Shown here piece after piece: positions 40,115 to 51,257 of a stretch of 64,000 nt of DNA. The position numbers were made by a program, and so were the translations under genes. Source of the stretch: Candidatus Methylomirabilales bacterium (GTDB lineage Bacteria > Methylomirabilota > Methylomirabilia > Methylomirabilales > CSP1-5); contig JBHIAH010000005.1 of assembly GCA_046758505.1 (NCBI GenBank), positions 1-64,000 on the forward strand, read 5' to 3'. How positions within the stretch are numbered: the first letter of the stretch is position 1; each line of letters begins with the position of its first letter. The notes under the pieces are model-generated. The model was not told the origin of the DNA and ran no database searches. It was given only the letters and a program-made list of their open reading frames with translations.

Positions 40115-40350
40115 AGGACAGCGCTAGATACGTCAAAATCGTCGAGTGGTCTGAGGAGGATCAGTGCTACGTCGGCAGTTCCCCTGGGTTGATCTACGGA
40201 GGTTGCCACGGTGATGACGAAAAAGCCGTGTTTGACGAACTGTGCCGGATCGTGGAGGAAGCGATCGCGCTCTACAAGGCCGATGGGAACCCATTGCCTC
40301 CCCCTACCTCCGGAAAGGATTTTGCCAACAAGATGCAGCACGTCGCATAA
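40111..40350 (+). CDS. hicB: HicB-family antitoxin (short form)
   Basis: WSEEDQCYVG..PGL...CHGD...A...L...VEE...PLP; 4-bp overlap with hicA. Confidence 0.85.
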   Translation: MKDSARYVKIVEWSEEDQCYVGSSPGLIYGGCHGDDEKAVFDELCRIVEEAIALYKADGNPLPPPTSGKDFANKMQHVA

Positions 40351-40679
40351 ACCCCTATGAGGTCCCTGAAGTGCAGCGTTAACTCGCACAGCCGCACAGG
40401 AGGTCGGTGTCAGGCTTTCCTAATGTGGGATGATCCGGTGTAACGCAGTAAGCTGGCTGAAGAGTCGGCCACATGGTCACAGCGAGTGCTGGAAATGTCC
40501 GGTCTCTTAAGCACGTAGCATCCAACATGGGCTTAAGGTTGCCCGGCCACGTTAGCGGGATGTGGTGCCGCGTCAGACCGCCCGAGAGGTCGATTCTTCC
40601 GCAACGGTCGGGTGCGAAACGGTGTCTGACACCTTTTCCCTCATAGTTAGGGGGACCGGTGTAACACGGGCGTGTTTCG

Positions 40680-41033
40680 ATGAATTTTCCAATTGACGTA
40701 ACGCCTTATGTGATGGTTTATGCAGCGGTGGTTTTTCTTTGCCCTTGGCTCATTCTTGCGTCATACCTCCTTCGAGAGTTACGAGTGTTACGAAAGCATG
40801 GGTTGCTTGGCTTGACGACTAACGCGGAGGTATGGAACGAAATTCAAAGTTTTAGAAAGACAAACCCGGAATCAAAGTATCTGTACGGTAAAGTCAAACA
40901 GTGGATGAAAATCACTTTGACTTTCTGGGTTACTGGTTTTGTAATTCTCTGTGCCGCTCTTTATCTTTTGGACGCTAACGATCTGCTCATCAACCATAGC
41001 AAAGGAATTTACGGTCGTGACGAATGTAAGTAG
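40680..41033 (+). CDS. Hypothetical two-TM protein, AT-rich cassette ORF
   Basis: Visibly lower GC than flanks; bracketed by GTTAGG (40646) and CCTAAC (41038). Confidence 0.65.
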   Translation: MNFPIDVTPYVMVYAAVVFLCPWLILASYLLRELRVLRKHGLLGLTTNAEVWNEIQSFRKTNPESKYLYGKVKQWMKITLTFWVTGFVILCAALYLLDANDLLINHSKGIYGRDECK

Positions 41034-41036
41034 CTC

Positions 41037-41115
41037 ACCTAACCCCCGGCTTTAGCCAGACCTTCACCCCGCCGCTTGATAGGCGGGACTCGGCTGCGCA
41101 GCCTGAACGCTAGGC
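41037..41115 (+). repeat. attC-like site
   Basis: ACCTAAC 3 nt after the stop codon, imperfect palindrome with central CCCGCC/GGCGGG stem, ends GCTAGGC (one mismatch to GTTRRRY). Confidence 0.65.
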
Positions 41116-41419
41116 CGCGAAACCCTTACTCTCGTGCACGATCTATGCCTCCACTTGATCCGAATTGCTTCTATTCCTCACTAGCGCAGTCTGCGGCCGC
41201 GATCGTTGGTCTTATGGGTGGTATCTTCGCTACTCGATTGGAGGATCAGATCACCACCAGCAGCGAGCAAAAGCTAAAGGCGATCCACAGGGAAGGGGTC
41301 AAATCTTTTGTTGACAATTCTCCCCTTGACCCCCCCGACCGTGCATCCAAAGCACAGAGTACCTCTCGGCCCTCGGAAGGGTCATAGCGGTTGCAGCGCA
41401 TTAGCCGCGTGAGTAGGCC

Positions 41420-41848
41420 TCAAGCTCTCTTTGGTTGAGCCGAACTCTGGCGGGACGGGCCGTAGAAGATCAGGACATGGCCGTCGGGGTCACGGACCGA
41501 GAACTCCCGGTCCCCCCATGGATAATCTGCCGGTTCACGGAGGATAGGGACTCCCCGGTCCCTGAGGCTCTCGCACCACCGATCCACGTCCGGGACCGCG
41601 AAAGCCACGAGCACCGACACGCCTGATTCTGTGCTCGGGGCCACCAGGTCAACGGCGACCGGCAGGTCGGGACCCGCAGCACACGCACGCTGCAGGGCCA
41701 ACTTGGTTCCGCCTACCTGAAACAGCGCGTACTCCTCCCCTTGTGAGAACCTCAAGCGAAGCCCCAGGGTCTCCTGATAAAACCGGACCGCCTGAGGCAT
41801 GTCCCCCACGATCAAGGCGACGAAGTCGCATCGCTCTATACCGTCCAT
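41420..41848 (-). CDS. VOC/glyoxalase family protein
   Basis: AVRFYQETLGL, FAVPDVD, PWGDREFSVRDPDGH. Confidence 0.9.
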   Translation of the reverse strand: MDGIERCDFVALIVGDMPQAVRFYQETLGLRLRFSQGEEYALFQVGGTKLALQRACAAGPDLPVAVDLVAPSTESGVSVLVAFAVPDVDRWCESLRDRGVPILREPADYPWGDREFSVRDPDGHVLIFYGPSRQSSAQPKRA

Positions 41849-42017
41849 GGCCCTCTCTCTCTCGGCCTCTGATGCTCAGCTGTTGGCCCTCGACTCCTCG
41901 TAGCCTTGATCCACCGGCACCCAGCGCCTCCCTTAGCGGTAAGCCGACAACCGCACGGAAAACTTGTGAGGATTTCAAAGCCCAATCCATTCGAACGGGG
42001 GCGGAAGCGCCCGGTAC

Positions 42018-42230
42018 TTACGATGGGCGGAGCAAGAGATGCTTCGGTGATTGGCCCGCGGCTGTCCGATCAGTCTTGGAGCCCAAGGAGCTCCCACAGC
42101 CCTGACAGAGGTAATCGTATAACTCGCCATCAGGAAGGATCAGGAGCAGACGCTGCCGTACGGGCATCGCTCGGTGACATTTTTCGCAGTAAAGAACCGA
42201 CGCCTGAAACTGTTCGAAGCTTTTTTCCAT
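42018..42230 (-). CDS. Small zinc-ribbon protein
   Basis: CEKC and CQGC; upstream TTGACA-N17-GATACT on the minus strand (42300-42272). Confidence 0.7.
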   Translation of the reverse strand: MEKSFEQFQASVLYCEKCHRAMPVRQRLLLILPDGELYDYLCQGCGSSLGSKTDRTAAGQSPKHLLLRPS

Positions 42231-42368
42231 GGACCCCACCGGACACGCTCAGTTTTGTTCCCGGTATCCTCAGTATCCCTGACAGGCTTAGGGGTGTCAA
42301 GTATCCCGATACCGCGAAGCGGAATGCAAGATTCAAGACCTGACCCTCTTCGCCGGGGGTCGTGAACG

Positions 42369-42794
42369 CTATCCGTCGGGGAGGACGTAGCTGCTGGTCG
42401 CGTGACCGATCAGCTTCTCCGGAGTATCGGCCATGGAGAGCCGGATCTCTCCGTAGACGATCCGCCGCCCGGCCTTGAGGACCTCGGCCCGGGCGAGGAC
42501 ATCTCCCCCAACGGCCGGCCGCAAGAAGTTGATCTTAAACTCATTGGTCACCGTCATGGGCTTGAGGCCGACTACGCTCAAGATCGCGTAGTAAATGGCG
42601 ATGTCGGCCAGTACCATCAACATCCCACCCGCGATGTATTTTCCCGGTCGCAGGTACCGTTCGTCATACTTCATGCGGGCCACCGCGTACCCGCTCCCGA
42701 TCTCCTCGCAGCTGATTCCGAATTCCTTAACGAAAGGACATTGCTCCTTGGCCAACTGCTCCAGTGCTTCCTTCGTAACCTTCCCCTCCCCCAT
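42369..42794 (-). CDS. PaaI/hotdog thioesterase family protein
   Basis: GG.LM.LAD, INFLRPA, VLKAGRR. Confidence 0.88.
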   Translation of the reverse strand: MGEGKVTKEALEQLAKEQCPFVKEFGISCEEIGSGYAVARMKYDERYLRPGKYIAGGMLMVLADIAIYYAILSVVGLKPMTVTNEFKINFLRPAVGGDVLARAEVLKAGRRIVYGEIRLSMADTPEKLIGHATSSYVLPDG

Positions 42795-43083
42795 CGCCTT
42801 TTCTCCCTCGCCCCGTTACCGGACGCAATCTTTCCCAGGATGATGGGCACTTTCTCTGCGCCGTGGGATGAGGCGCTGGTGACACGCCTTGTACGGGAAG
42901 ACCAACGAGTGGTTTGTAAGAGGATAACTTCACAGGACCCCGGGACACCCGGGGAAGCGACGGGGATATCTCACACGGCAATCGGATGACCTCGCCTCGG
43001 CGAAGACCGGAGGAGACTAGTGAGAGGGGCACGCAGTTCACCTGCGCTGAGCGCGCATCCGCCCTGCACGCCGACAGCGACCC

Positions 43084-43104
43084 GGCCTGCCCGTTCGGCA
43101 GGCC
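43084..43104 (-). terminator. Hairpin downstream of the small basic protein gene
   Basis: 8-bp stem GGCCTGCC/GGCAGGCC; no U-tract. Confidence 0.4.
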
Positions 43105-43111
43105 CCGACCC

Positions 43112-43201
43112 TTACCGCTTTTTGTGACGCATGCTCCGGCGCAGCTTCTTGTACTTGTGCTTCCGGATCTTTTTGCGCCGCTTCTTGACGACGCTCCCCA
43201 C
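43112..43201 (-). CDS. AURKAIP1/COX24-domain small basic protein (bS22-like), 29 aa
   Basis: Own translation MGSVVKKRRKKIRKHKYKKLRRSMRHKKR; GTG start with GGAGG RBS; not in the ORF track. Confidence 0.85.
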   Translation of the reverse strand: MGSVVKKRRKKIRKHKYKKLRRSMRHKKR

Positions 43202-43218
43202 CGCGCCCCTCCCCCCTT

Positions 43219-44226
43219 TTACCGACCGCCCACGGCTTGTCGAACCTCCCGCACCGCCGCCACCATTGCACGGAGTTTCCCCTGCGCTTCCTCCACCGTC
43301 CGGGTTTTGAGCCCACAGTCGGGATCCACCCAGAGGGCCTCCGACCGTATCACCTGTAACGCCTTTTCGATCCGCTCTTTGACCATCGCCGGGGTCTCCA
43401 CGGCATGGGAATGGACATCCAGCACCCCGAAGGAGAGGTCCTTGGTGAACGGGTCTTTCTCAAAGAGACTGATGAGGTCCAACCCGCTGTTGGACATCTC
43501 CAGGTCGAAGTTCTCTACGGGAAGCTGGAGCATCTGAGGATAGATGAACTCGAAGGCCCCGTAGCAGATGTGGGTGATGAAGTAGGCCGGGATGTTATCG
43601 GTCGCAATGTGCATCGCCTCCAGGGCAAAGTCGAGCTCCTCCGGACGGACCGAGAGGGCCGGCTCATCAATCTGGATGATCTTGGCCCCCGCCTCGACCA
43701 GGGCCTCGACTTCCTTTCGGATCTCTCTGGCGAGGGCGAGACACGCGCTCTTTCGATCCGGGTAGTAATCGTTGAAGGACCAGTCCATGATCGTGTAGGG
43801 GCCCGTGAGCATGCCCTTGACCGGCTTCGCGGTGAGCCCCTGAGCGAACTTCCACCAGCTCACCGTGATGGGACCGGGCCACTGCATCTCTCCAGCAATG
43901 ATCGGCTTGTGGTAGTAGCGATTACCGTACGACCGGACCAGCCCGCCCATCTCGAAGCCAGGCATGACGTCGGCAAAATAAGCCACCATGTCCCCACGGT
44001 ACTGCTCCCCGTCCACCAGGACATCCAGGCCGATTTCTTCCTGCTGCCCGATCCAGAATTCGGTTGCCCGCCGCTCGAGGGCGTCCAACTCCTTTCGGCT
44101 CATCTCCTTCCGGGCAAACTTCCCCCGCCCCTCCACAAGATAGTCCGGCTTGGGAAAGCTGCCAACCGTACTCGTGACAAAGAGCGGCAGGGCAAGCCCC
44201 AGCCGCTCCAGCTTGTCCCGGCTCAT
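43219..44226 (-). CDS. Cobalamin-independent methionine synthase, catalytic half
   Basis: VGSFPKP, DGEQYR, QIDEPAL; Zn ligands HICYG, LEM, PDCGLKT. Confidence 0.9.
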   Translation of the reverse strand: MSRDKLERLGLALPLFVTSTVGSFPKPDYLVEGRGKFARKEMSRKELDALERRATEFWIGQQEEIGLDVLVDGEQYRGDMVAYFADVMPGFEMGGLVRSYGNRYYHKPIIAGEMQWPGPITVSWWKFAQGLTAKPVKGMLTGPYTIMDWSFNDYYPDRKSACLALAREIRKEVEALVEAGAKIIQIDEPALSVRPEELDFALEAMHIATDNIPAYFITHICYGAFEFIYPQMLQLPVENFDLEMSNSGLDLISLFEKDPFTKDLSFGVLDVHSHAVETPAMVKERIEKALQVIRSEALWVDPDCGLKTRTVEEAQGKLRAMVAAVREVRQAVGGR

Positions 44227-45215
44227 CTCTTTCCCCTTTGCAGAAAGTCATCTCTGCACTCCTTCATGAGCTGGAGTTTTGCCACGGCCTTCTCCCGTGG
44301 CAGATACTCGAGCCCACAGGAAGGATGCAGGTAGACGACGTCTCCCCCCGCACGCGGGAGGACCGTGTCCAGGATGCGGAAGATCTCTTCGGCGGTCTCC
44401 ATCCGCGTGTTGCGACCGTCGATCACCCCGAGCCCCAGGCCCTTCTGCGAGCCCAGTGCGGCAATTTTTTCCGGGAGCCCGGGGGCATAGGTGAAGTCGA
44501 AGCCCAGGATCTGGACCGGGAGCTCCTGGAAGACCTCGTAGAGAGAGGTCGCATCGCCGAAATAGGTATAGAGCGCCAGCCGGGCCGTGCCCCTGGCCCG
44601 GCCCAGCGGTGTCAGGGCCTTGTGAAGGAGGGGCACGTCTCGTGGATGCTTCAGGATCGCCGGCTCTTCCACCTGGATCACCTCGGCTCCCGCCGCGGCC
44701 AGCGCCCCGACCTCTTGCGCTAAGGCTTCACCGAGATCCATGACCAGGCTGTCCAACTCCCGGTACACCGGGGTCTCCCGGATGGAGGAGGCGGCGATCG
44801 TGTACGGACCGGTCAGGACCGGCTTGATCGGCCGGGACGAGGCCGCCTGGGCGAACCGATACTCCTCTACGATCATCGATCCCGTCCGCGCGACCTTTCC
44901 CTTCATCACCGGCTGCCGGAAGTAGAAGTTCGTATCGAAATAGCGGAGAAGGCCGTTGATCTCCACGTGGGTGAGCTTTCCGGCCACGTGAGAGATGGGA
45001 TCATACCAACGGATCTGGCCGTCGGTGATCAGCTCGCATCCTGCATGGGCCTGCTCCCCGATGACCTCCGTCACCACGGAATCCTGGATCTGGTTGAAGG
45101 TGTCCGGTGAGATTTCCCCCCGCTCTCGCTGGGCATAGGCACGCCGGAGCCGCTGCTGCTCCCTGCCGCCTCCGACCCTGGGGTAGCTACTGTGGTTGGC
45201 CAGGACCAATTCCAT
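44223..45215 (-). CDS. Methionine synthase N-terminal-half-like protein (split MetE partner)
   Basis: SYPRVG, RYFDTNFYFRQP, TYFG, GVIDGRNT, PSCGL; lacks HxC; overlaps the start of the catalytic half. Confidence 0.8.
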   Translation of the reverse strand: MELVLANHSSYPRVGGGREQQRLRRAYAQRERGEISPDTFNQIQDSVVTEVIGEQAHAGCELITDGQIRWYDPISHVAGKLTHVEINGLLRYFDTNFYFRQPVMKGKVARTGSMIVEEYRFAQAASSRPIKPVLTGPYTIAASSIRETPVYRELDSLVMDLGEALAQEVGALAAAGAEVIQVEEPAILKHPRDVPLLHKALTPLGRARGTARLALYTYFGDATSLYEVFQELPVQILGFDFTYAPGLPEKIAALGSQKGLGLGVIDGRNTRMETAEEIFRILDTVLPRAGGDVVYLHPSCGLEYLPREKAVAKLQLMKECRDDFLQRGKR

Positions 45216-45229
45216 TGCCACTCCGTGGT

Positions 45230-45364
45230 GTCCAAAGTCCAACGTCCGATGTCTAGCCCTTCGAGCTCCTTCACGGTTCATGGTTCACAGTTCACGGACC
45301 GTACAGGTTCAGACCCTGAACCATCAACTGTGAACTCCGCTAGCGGTCACCGGTCATCGGTCAA
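45230..45364. repeat. Intergenic heptamer tandem/palindromic repeats
   Basis: GTCCAAA-like x4, TTCACGG-like x4 with a complementary arm, CGGTCAT-like x3. Confidence 0.75.
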
Positions 45365-45366
45365 CG

Positions 45367-45840
45367 TTACCCGATCTGTTGGACCGCTTGCTTGACCTCT
45401 TCGTAATTCGGCTCCTTCATAGGATCATCGGAGGTCCACTTATAGCGAATCACACCCCCGCTGTCCAGCACAAAGACCGCCCGCTTGGCTGCGGTGTACC
45501 CTTTCAGCCCCGCGAGGTCGGGAAGCTGGACATCATACGCGGTGATGACCTGCCGCGTATAGTCACTCAGGAGGGGAAAGGTGATCTGGTGCTGCTCCCC
45601 AAAGGCTTTATTGGCAAAGGGCGTATCCACGCTGATGCCCAGGACCGTTGCGCCAAGACTCCCGAGGTGGCTCAGGCTGTCCCGGAACGTGCACAACTCC
45701 TTGGTGCAGACACCGGTGAAGGCGGCGGGGTAAAAGGCCAGGATCAGCTTCTGCCCTTTAAACTCCGCGAGGGTTCGTGGCTTTCGCTCCGTATCCACGA
45801 GGGCAAATTCTGGGGCCTTTTGTCCGACGGCAATGGCCAT
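45367..45840 (-). CDS. Peroxiredoxin (single Cys pair, AhpE/BCP-like)
   Basis: FYPAAFTGVCTKELC, LGISVD, LLSD, RAVFVLD. Confidence 0.92.
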   Translation of the reverse strand: MAIAVGQKAPEFALVDTERKPRTLAEFKGQKLILAFYPAAFTGVCTKELCTFRDSLSHLGSLGATVLGISVDTPFANKAFGEQHQITFPLLSDYTRQVITAYDVQLPDLAGLKGYTAAKRAVFVLDSGGVIRYKWTSDDPMKEPNYEEVKQAVQQIG

Positions 45841-45962
45841 CACGTCCTCCTTTCCTCGCACGTCGTCCGCAATGCGCAGTTACTTGTGACAGGCACAAAA
45901 CAGGCGCCCAAGGGATCCTTGGGCGCCAAGCCGGCGTGACAAAACCGAAGGTGGCGTCCCGA

Positions 45963-46984
<1,022 letters not shown>

Positions 46985-46988
<4 letters not shown>

Positions 46989-48874
46989 TCCTCCAAGAGT
47001 TCCCGCATCCTGTTCATGAGCTCGCCCACTTTAAAGGGCTGCCCCTGAATCTTGTTCATCCCTTTGGCATCCACCAGGTACTCGGCCCGGATCACCCTCA
47101 CGAGCTGGCCCATGTTCAACTCAGGGACCAGGATGGTCTCAAACCGACCCATGATCTGCTTGAGGTCGGGCGGGAGGGGATTCAGATACCGGAGATGGAC
47201 ATGGGAGACCGATTTCCCCTGCCCTCGCAGTCGATCGACCGCCTCCACGATGGCCCCATAGGTGCTCCCCCACCCGATGACGAGGAGTTTTCCCGAGGGG
47301 TCACCCCGTACCTCGGTGGGGGGGATATCCGTAGCGACGCGGGCCACCTTCTCTGCCCGGAGCCGAACCATCTTCTCGTGATTGGCCGGATCGTAGCTCA
47401 CATGGCCGGTGACGTCTTCCTTCTCCAGCCCGCCGACTCGGTGCTCGAGGCCGGGCGTCCCCGGCCGGACCCAAGCGCGGGCCAGGGTCTCCGGATCCCG
47501 GAGATAGGGCTGGAATCCCGTGGGGTCGGTCCGGAACTGGACCTCAACCTTGGGGAGCGTGCTCACCTCTGGGATTTTCCAGGGCTCGGCCCCGTTGCCC
47601 AGATAGCCGTCGGACAGGTAGAAGACCGGAACCATATACTTGGCGGCGAGCCTGACCGCCTCGAACGCCATGAAGAAGCAATCCCCGGGCGTGGCGGGAG
47701 CCAAGACGACCACGGGTGATTCACTGCTCCGCCCGTAAAGGACCATGAGCAGATCCGCCTGTTCCGTCTTCGTCGGCATGCCGGTCGAAGGCCCCGCCCG
47801 CTGGATATCCGCGATGATCAGCGGAAGCTCCACCATCACGGCCAGGTTAATCGTCTCTTGCTTGAGCAACACCCCCGGGCCGCTTGTAGTGCAGATGCCG
47901 ATGGCGCCTCCATACGCCGCCCCGAGGGCCGCCCCGACGGCGGCAATTTCATCCTCCGCCTGGAAGGTCAAGACATGAAAGTTCTTGTAACTCGACAACT
48001 CGTGGAGGATATCGCTCGCCGGAGTAATCGGGTAACTTCCGAGGAAGAGCGGCACACCGGCGCGCTCGGCTGCTGCGACGAAGCCCATGGCGGTCGCCAT
48101 GTTTCCGGTCATGTTCCGGTATTTGCCGGGGGCTAACCGGGCGGGCTTGACCGCGTACTGCACGGCGAACATCTCGGCCGTCTCTCCGAAGTGGTACCCG
48201 GCCTTGAGGGCTCGCATGTTCGCCTCGATCAACTCCGGGGTCTTCTTGAACCGATTCTCGATCCAGCGGATTGTCGGCTCGATGGGCCGGGTGAACAACC
48301 ACGAGGTCAGGCCCAGGGCAAAGAAGTTCTTACAGCGCGTCGCGACCTTCGTGTTGAGGGTCAACCCCTCCAGAGCCCGGAGCGTCATCTGCGTGATGTC
48401 CATGGGGAAGACCTGGTACTGCGCCAGAGAGCCGTCCTCCAGAGGATTCGTGACGTACCCGGCCTTTTTGAGATTATTCTCGGTAAACTCCGCCGTATCG
48501 GCGATGATAATTCCGCCCGACTTCAAATCCCGGATATTTACCTTCAGGGCCGCTGGGTTCATCACCACCAGGACGTCGGGGTTGTCTCCCGGCGTATAAA
48601 TGTCGTGGCTGCTGAAATTGATTTGAAAGCCACTGACCCCGAAGAGGGTTCCGGTGGGGGCCCGGATTTCCGCGGGGAAATCAGGGAGCGTCGCGAGGTC
48701 GGTCCCCGCCAGGGCCGTCTCGTTGGTGAACTGCATCCCGGCGAGCTGCATCCCGTCGCCGGAGTCCCCGGCAAACCGGATCACCACCTCTTCCAACTCT
48801 TTGTGCCCCTTCTCCGCGTGTGGCCGGGGTGGGCTCTCGGCACGTGTGGTCATTGTTTTCTCCTCACTCATCAC
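46985..48874 (-). CDS. korA: 2-oxoacid:ferredoxin oxidoreductase alpha subunit
   Basis: AGDSGDG, YPITPASD, QAEDEIA, QRAGPSTGMPT. Confidence 0.93.
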
Positions 48875-48932
48875 ACCCTTTCGGGGCGTCGAACTGCCCC
48901 CTCACCCTAACGTCCTTGCGCCACCCACCACG

Positions 48933-49478
48933 TCACGTGGCCTTGCGGCGCCAGGGCAGGCTCACCAAATCCTCCGTCCGATGACGCTCCCGTGCTATCT
49001 TCTGCTGCAGGAGCATAATCCCGTGGATTAGTTGTTCGGGGCGCGGGGGGCAGCCGGGAACGTAGACGTCCACCGGCACGATCTTGTCGACCCCCTGCAC
49101 GATGGCATAGTCGTTGAAGATCCCGCCACAGGAGGCGCAGGCCCCCATGGCGATCACCCATTTCGGTTCAGGCATCTGATCGTAGATCCGCCTGAGGACG
49201 GGAGCCATCTTCTTGCTGACCCGCCCGGACACAATCATGAGGTCCGCCTGGCGCGGCGAGGCGCGAAAGACCTCCGCACCGAATCGGGCAAGGTCAAACC
49301 GAGAGGCGGCCGTCGCCATCATCTCGATGGCACAACAGGCCAGGCCAAAGGTAGCCGGCCAAAGCGACGAACTGCGCGCCCAGTTCAGCATCCGCTCAAA
49401 GGTCGTGAGGAGAAGCCCGCGCTCGACCTCTTCCTCAATGGCCCGATGCTGCTCCCCATCGAGCAGCTCTACTTTCAC
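48933..49478 (-). CDS. nuoB: NADH-quinone oxidoreductase subunit B paralog 1
   Basis: [29 protein letters not shown]. Confidence 0.93.
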   Translation of the reverse strand: MKVELLDGEQHRAIEEEVERGLLLTTFERMLNWARSSSLWPATFGLACCAIEMMATAASRFDLARFGAEVFRASPRQADLMIVSGRVSKKMAPVLRRIYDQMPEPKWVIAMGACASCGGIFNDYAIVQGVDKIVPVDVYVPGCPPRPEQLIHGIMLLQQKIARERHRTEDLVSLPWRRKAT

Positions 49479-49542
49479 TGGGATCCCTCCCTTGTTGCCT
49501 CCGGTGCCCCGGTCCGTGAAATAGCAGCGCGTCCGAAGAGCC

Positions 49543-49863
49543 CTAGGCCTGGAATGACTGCCCGCAGCCGCAGGAGCCCGTGGCGTTCGGGTTCTTGATG
49601 GCGAAGCCGGCCCCGGTCAGCCCATCGTGAAAGTCGATCTCTGCGCCGGTGAGGAAGAGCAGACTCTTGGGGTCGATGACCACCTTGACCCCCTCCTGCT
49701 CGATGACCTGGTCACCCTCCCGGGGGCTGTCAAAGGCCATCTGATACTGGTAGCCGGAGCAGCCGCCTCCCATCACCCGGACGCGCAGCCCCTGCCCCTC
49801 GATCCCGTCCTGCGCCATCAGGTCTTTCAGCTTTGCTGCGGCCTTCGCTGTTACCGTGACCAT
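49543..49863 (-). CDS. A-type Fe-S carrier (IscA/ErpA/HesB)
   Basis: GGGCSG and CGCGQSF; GGAGG RBS before ATG49863. Confidence 0.93.
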   Translation of the reverse strand: MVTVTAKAAAKLKDLMAQDGIEGQGLRVRVMGGGCSGYQYQMAFDSPREGDQVIEQEGVKVVIDPKSLLFLTGAEIDFHDGLTGAGFAIKNPNATGSCGCGQSFQA

Positions 49864-49915
49864 AGTCTTTCTGACCTCCTTCATGCCTGAATGTGATAGT
49901 TCTTCCTGCCTGGCG

Positions 49916-51154
49916 TTACCTCGCGGCGTCCCGGGCACTCCCGGTGTGTACCCTCTCGCCCGGCGGGCCGCTCGACTTGGCTCGCGGCGGACCGCTCCAC
50001 ATGGCTCGAAGTCTCCCCACGCGCTCTGCCAACTTCTCGATCGTGAAATCGACCTCTTCTTCTGTGCTCCACCGCCCAAGGCCAAACCGGATACTGCTCC
50101 TGGCCAGCGCGTCGTCTACCCCCAGGGCCCGCAGGACGTAGGAAGGCTCCATGCTGGTCGAGGTGCAGGCCGAACCCGATGACACGGCCACATCCTTCAT
50201 GCTAAGGAGCAGGGCCTCGCCCTCCACCCGGGCAAAGCTCAGGTTCAGATTCCCGGGCAGACGCCGCTCCGGATGTCCGTTGAGATGGACACCATCGATC
50301 CGGCGAACAATCCCTTCCTTCAAGCGCTCCCGCAGCGTCGTCAGCCGCCTGCCCTCCTCCGCCATCACCCGCGAGGCGACCTCACAGGCCTGTCCAAAGC
50401 CCACGATCCCCGGGACGTTCTGCGTCCCCGAACGCCGCCCTCGTTCCTGGCCCCCGCCGTCCTGGAGGGGGATGAGCTTGACCGCCGGACGGGTCATCCG
50501 GACATACAGTCCCCCCACCCCTTTGGGGCCATACAGCTTATGGGCGGAGAAGGAGAGGAAATCCGCGTGCACCTCATCGACCCTCAACGGGATCTTGCCG
50601 AGGGCCTGCGCCGCATCGGAGTGAAACAGGACCCCCCGGGCCCTGCAGATGCGACCGATCTCGGCGAGGGGCTGGATGGTCCCGATCTCGTTATGCGCAG
50701 CGATCACGCTCACCAGGATCGTTCGGTCGGTGATCGCCTCCTCGACCTGCAAGGGGTCCGCGAGCCCCGTCCGGTCCACCGGCAGATAGGTAACGTCAAA
50801 TCCTTCCTTCTCCAGGCGGTGACAGGCATCCAGGACCGCGTGATGCTCGATCGCCGTCGTGATAATGTGGTTCCCTCGATCGCGGGAGGCCCAGGCAACC
50901 CCCTTCAACGCCAGATTATTCGACTCGGTGGCCCCGGACGTGAAAACGACCTCCATCGGCTTGCACGCGATGAGCTGGCCGAGTTGCTCCCTCGCCTTTT
51001 CGACGGCCGACTCGGCCGTCCAACCGAAGACGTGAGTCCGCGAAGAGGGATTGCCAAAGCGCTCCCCAAAATAGGGAAGCATCGCCTCCAAGACCTCGGC
51101 ATCCACCGGGGTCGTGGCGTGGTAATCCATGTAAATTGGAAGCCTTACACCCAT
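49916..51154 (-). CDS. iscS: Cysteine desulfurase
   Basis: YMDYHATTP, SAHKLYGPKG, SSGSACTS. Confidence 0.94.
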   Translation of the reverse strand: MGVRLPIYMDYHATTPVDAEVLEAMLPYFGERFGNPSSRTHVFGWTAESAVEKAREQLGQLIACKPMEVVFTSGATESNNLALKGVAWASRDRGNHIITTAIEHHAVLDACHRLEKEGFDVTYLPVDRTGLADPLQVEEAITDRTILVSVIAAHNEIGTIQPLAEIGRICRARGVLFHSDAAQALGKIPLRVDEVHADFLSFSAHKLYGPKGVGGLYVRMTRPAVKLIPLQDGGGQERGRRSGTQNVPGIVGFGQACEVASRVMAEEGRRLTTLRERLKEGIVRRIDGVHLNGHPERRLPGNLNLSFARVEGEALLLSMKDVAVSSGSACTSTSMEPSYVLRALGVDDALARSSIRFGLGRWSTEEEVDFTIEKLAERVGRLRAMWSGPPRAKSSGPPGERVHTGSARDAAR

Positions 51155-51206
51155 TTACTGCCTTTCGTGGGGGTTAACGGCAGGCCCTCTGGCACTCTTA
51201 TTTCAC

Positions 51207-51235
51207 ATTATAAGAAAAGGTGCAGCCTGTGTCAA
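51207..51235 (-). promoter_or_regulatory. Consensus sigma70 promoter for the iscS cluster
   Basis: Exact TTGACA-N17-TATAAT on the minus strand. Confidence 0.85.
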
Positions 51236-51257
51236 GGCAATTGGGTCTGCTTCCTCC

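Larger units (their letters stand above)
39886..41333 (+). mobile_element. Degenerate integron cassette array without integrase (CALIN-like)
   Basis: GTT core sites at 39886, 40378, 40551, 40646; R''-like sites at 40345, 40520, 41037; attC-like structure at 41037-41115. Confidence 0.65.

Noticed and set aside
45216..45366. SAM or cobalamin riboswitch before the methionine synthase genes
   Set aside because: The interval is filled by heptamer repeats; no recognisable aptamer motifs.
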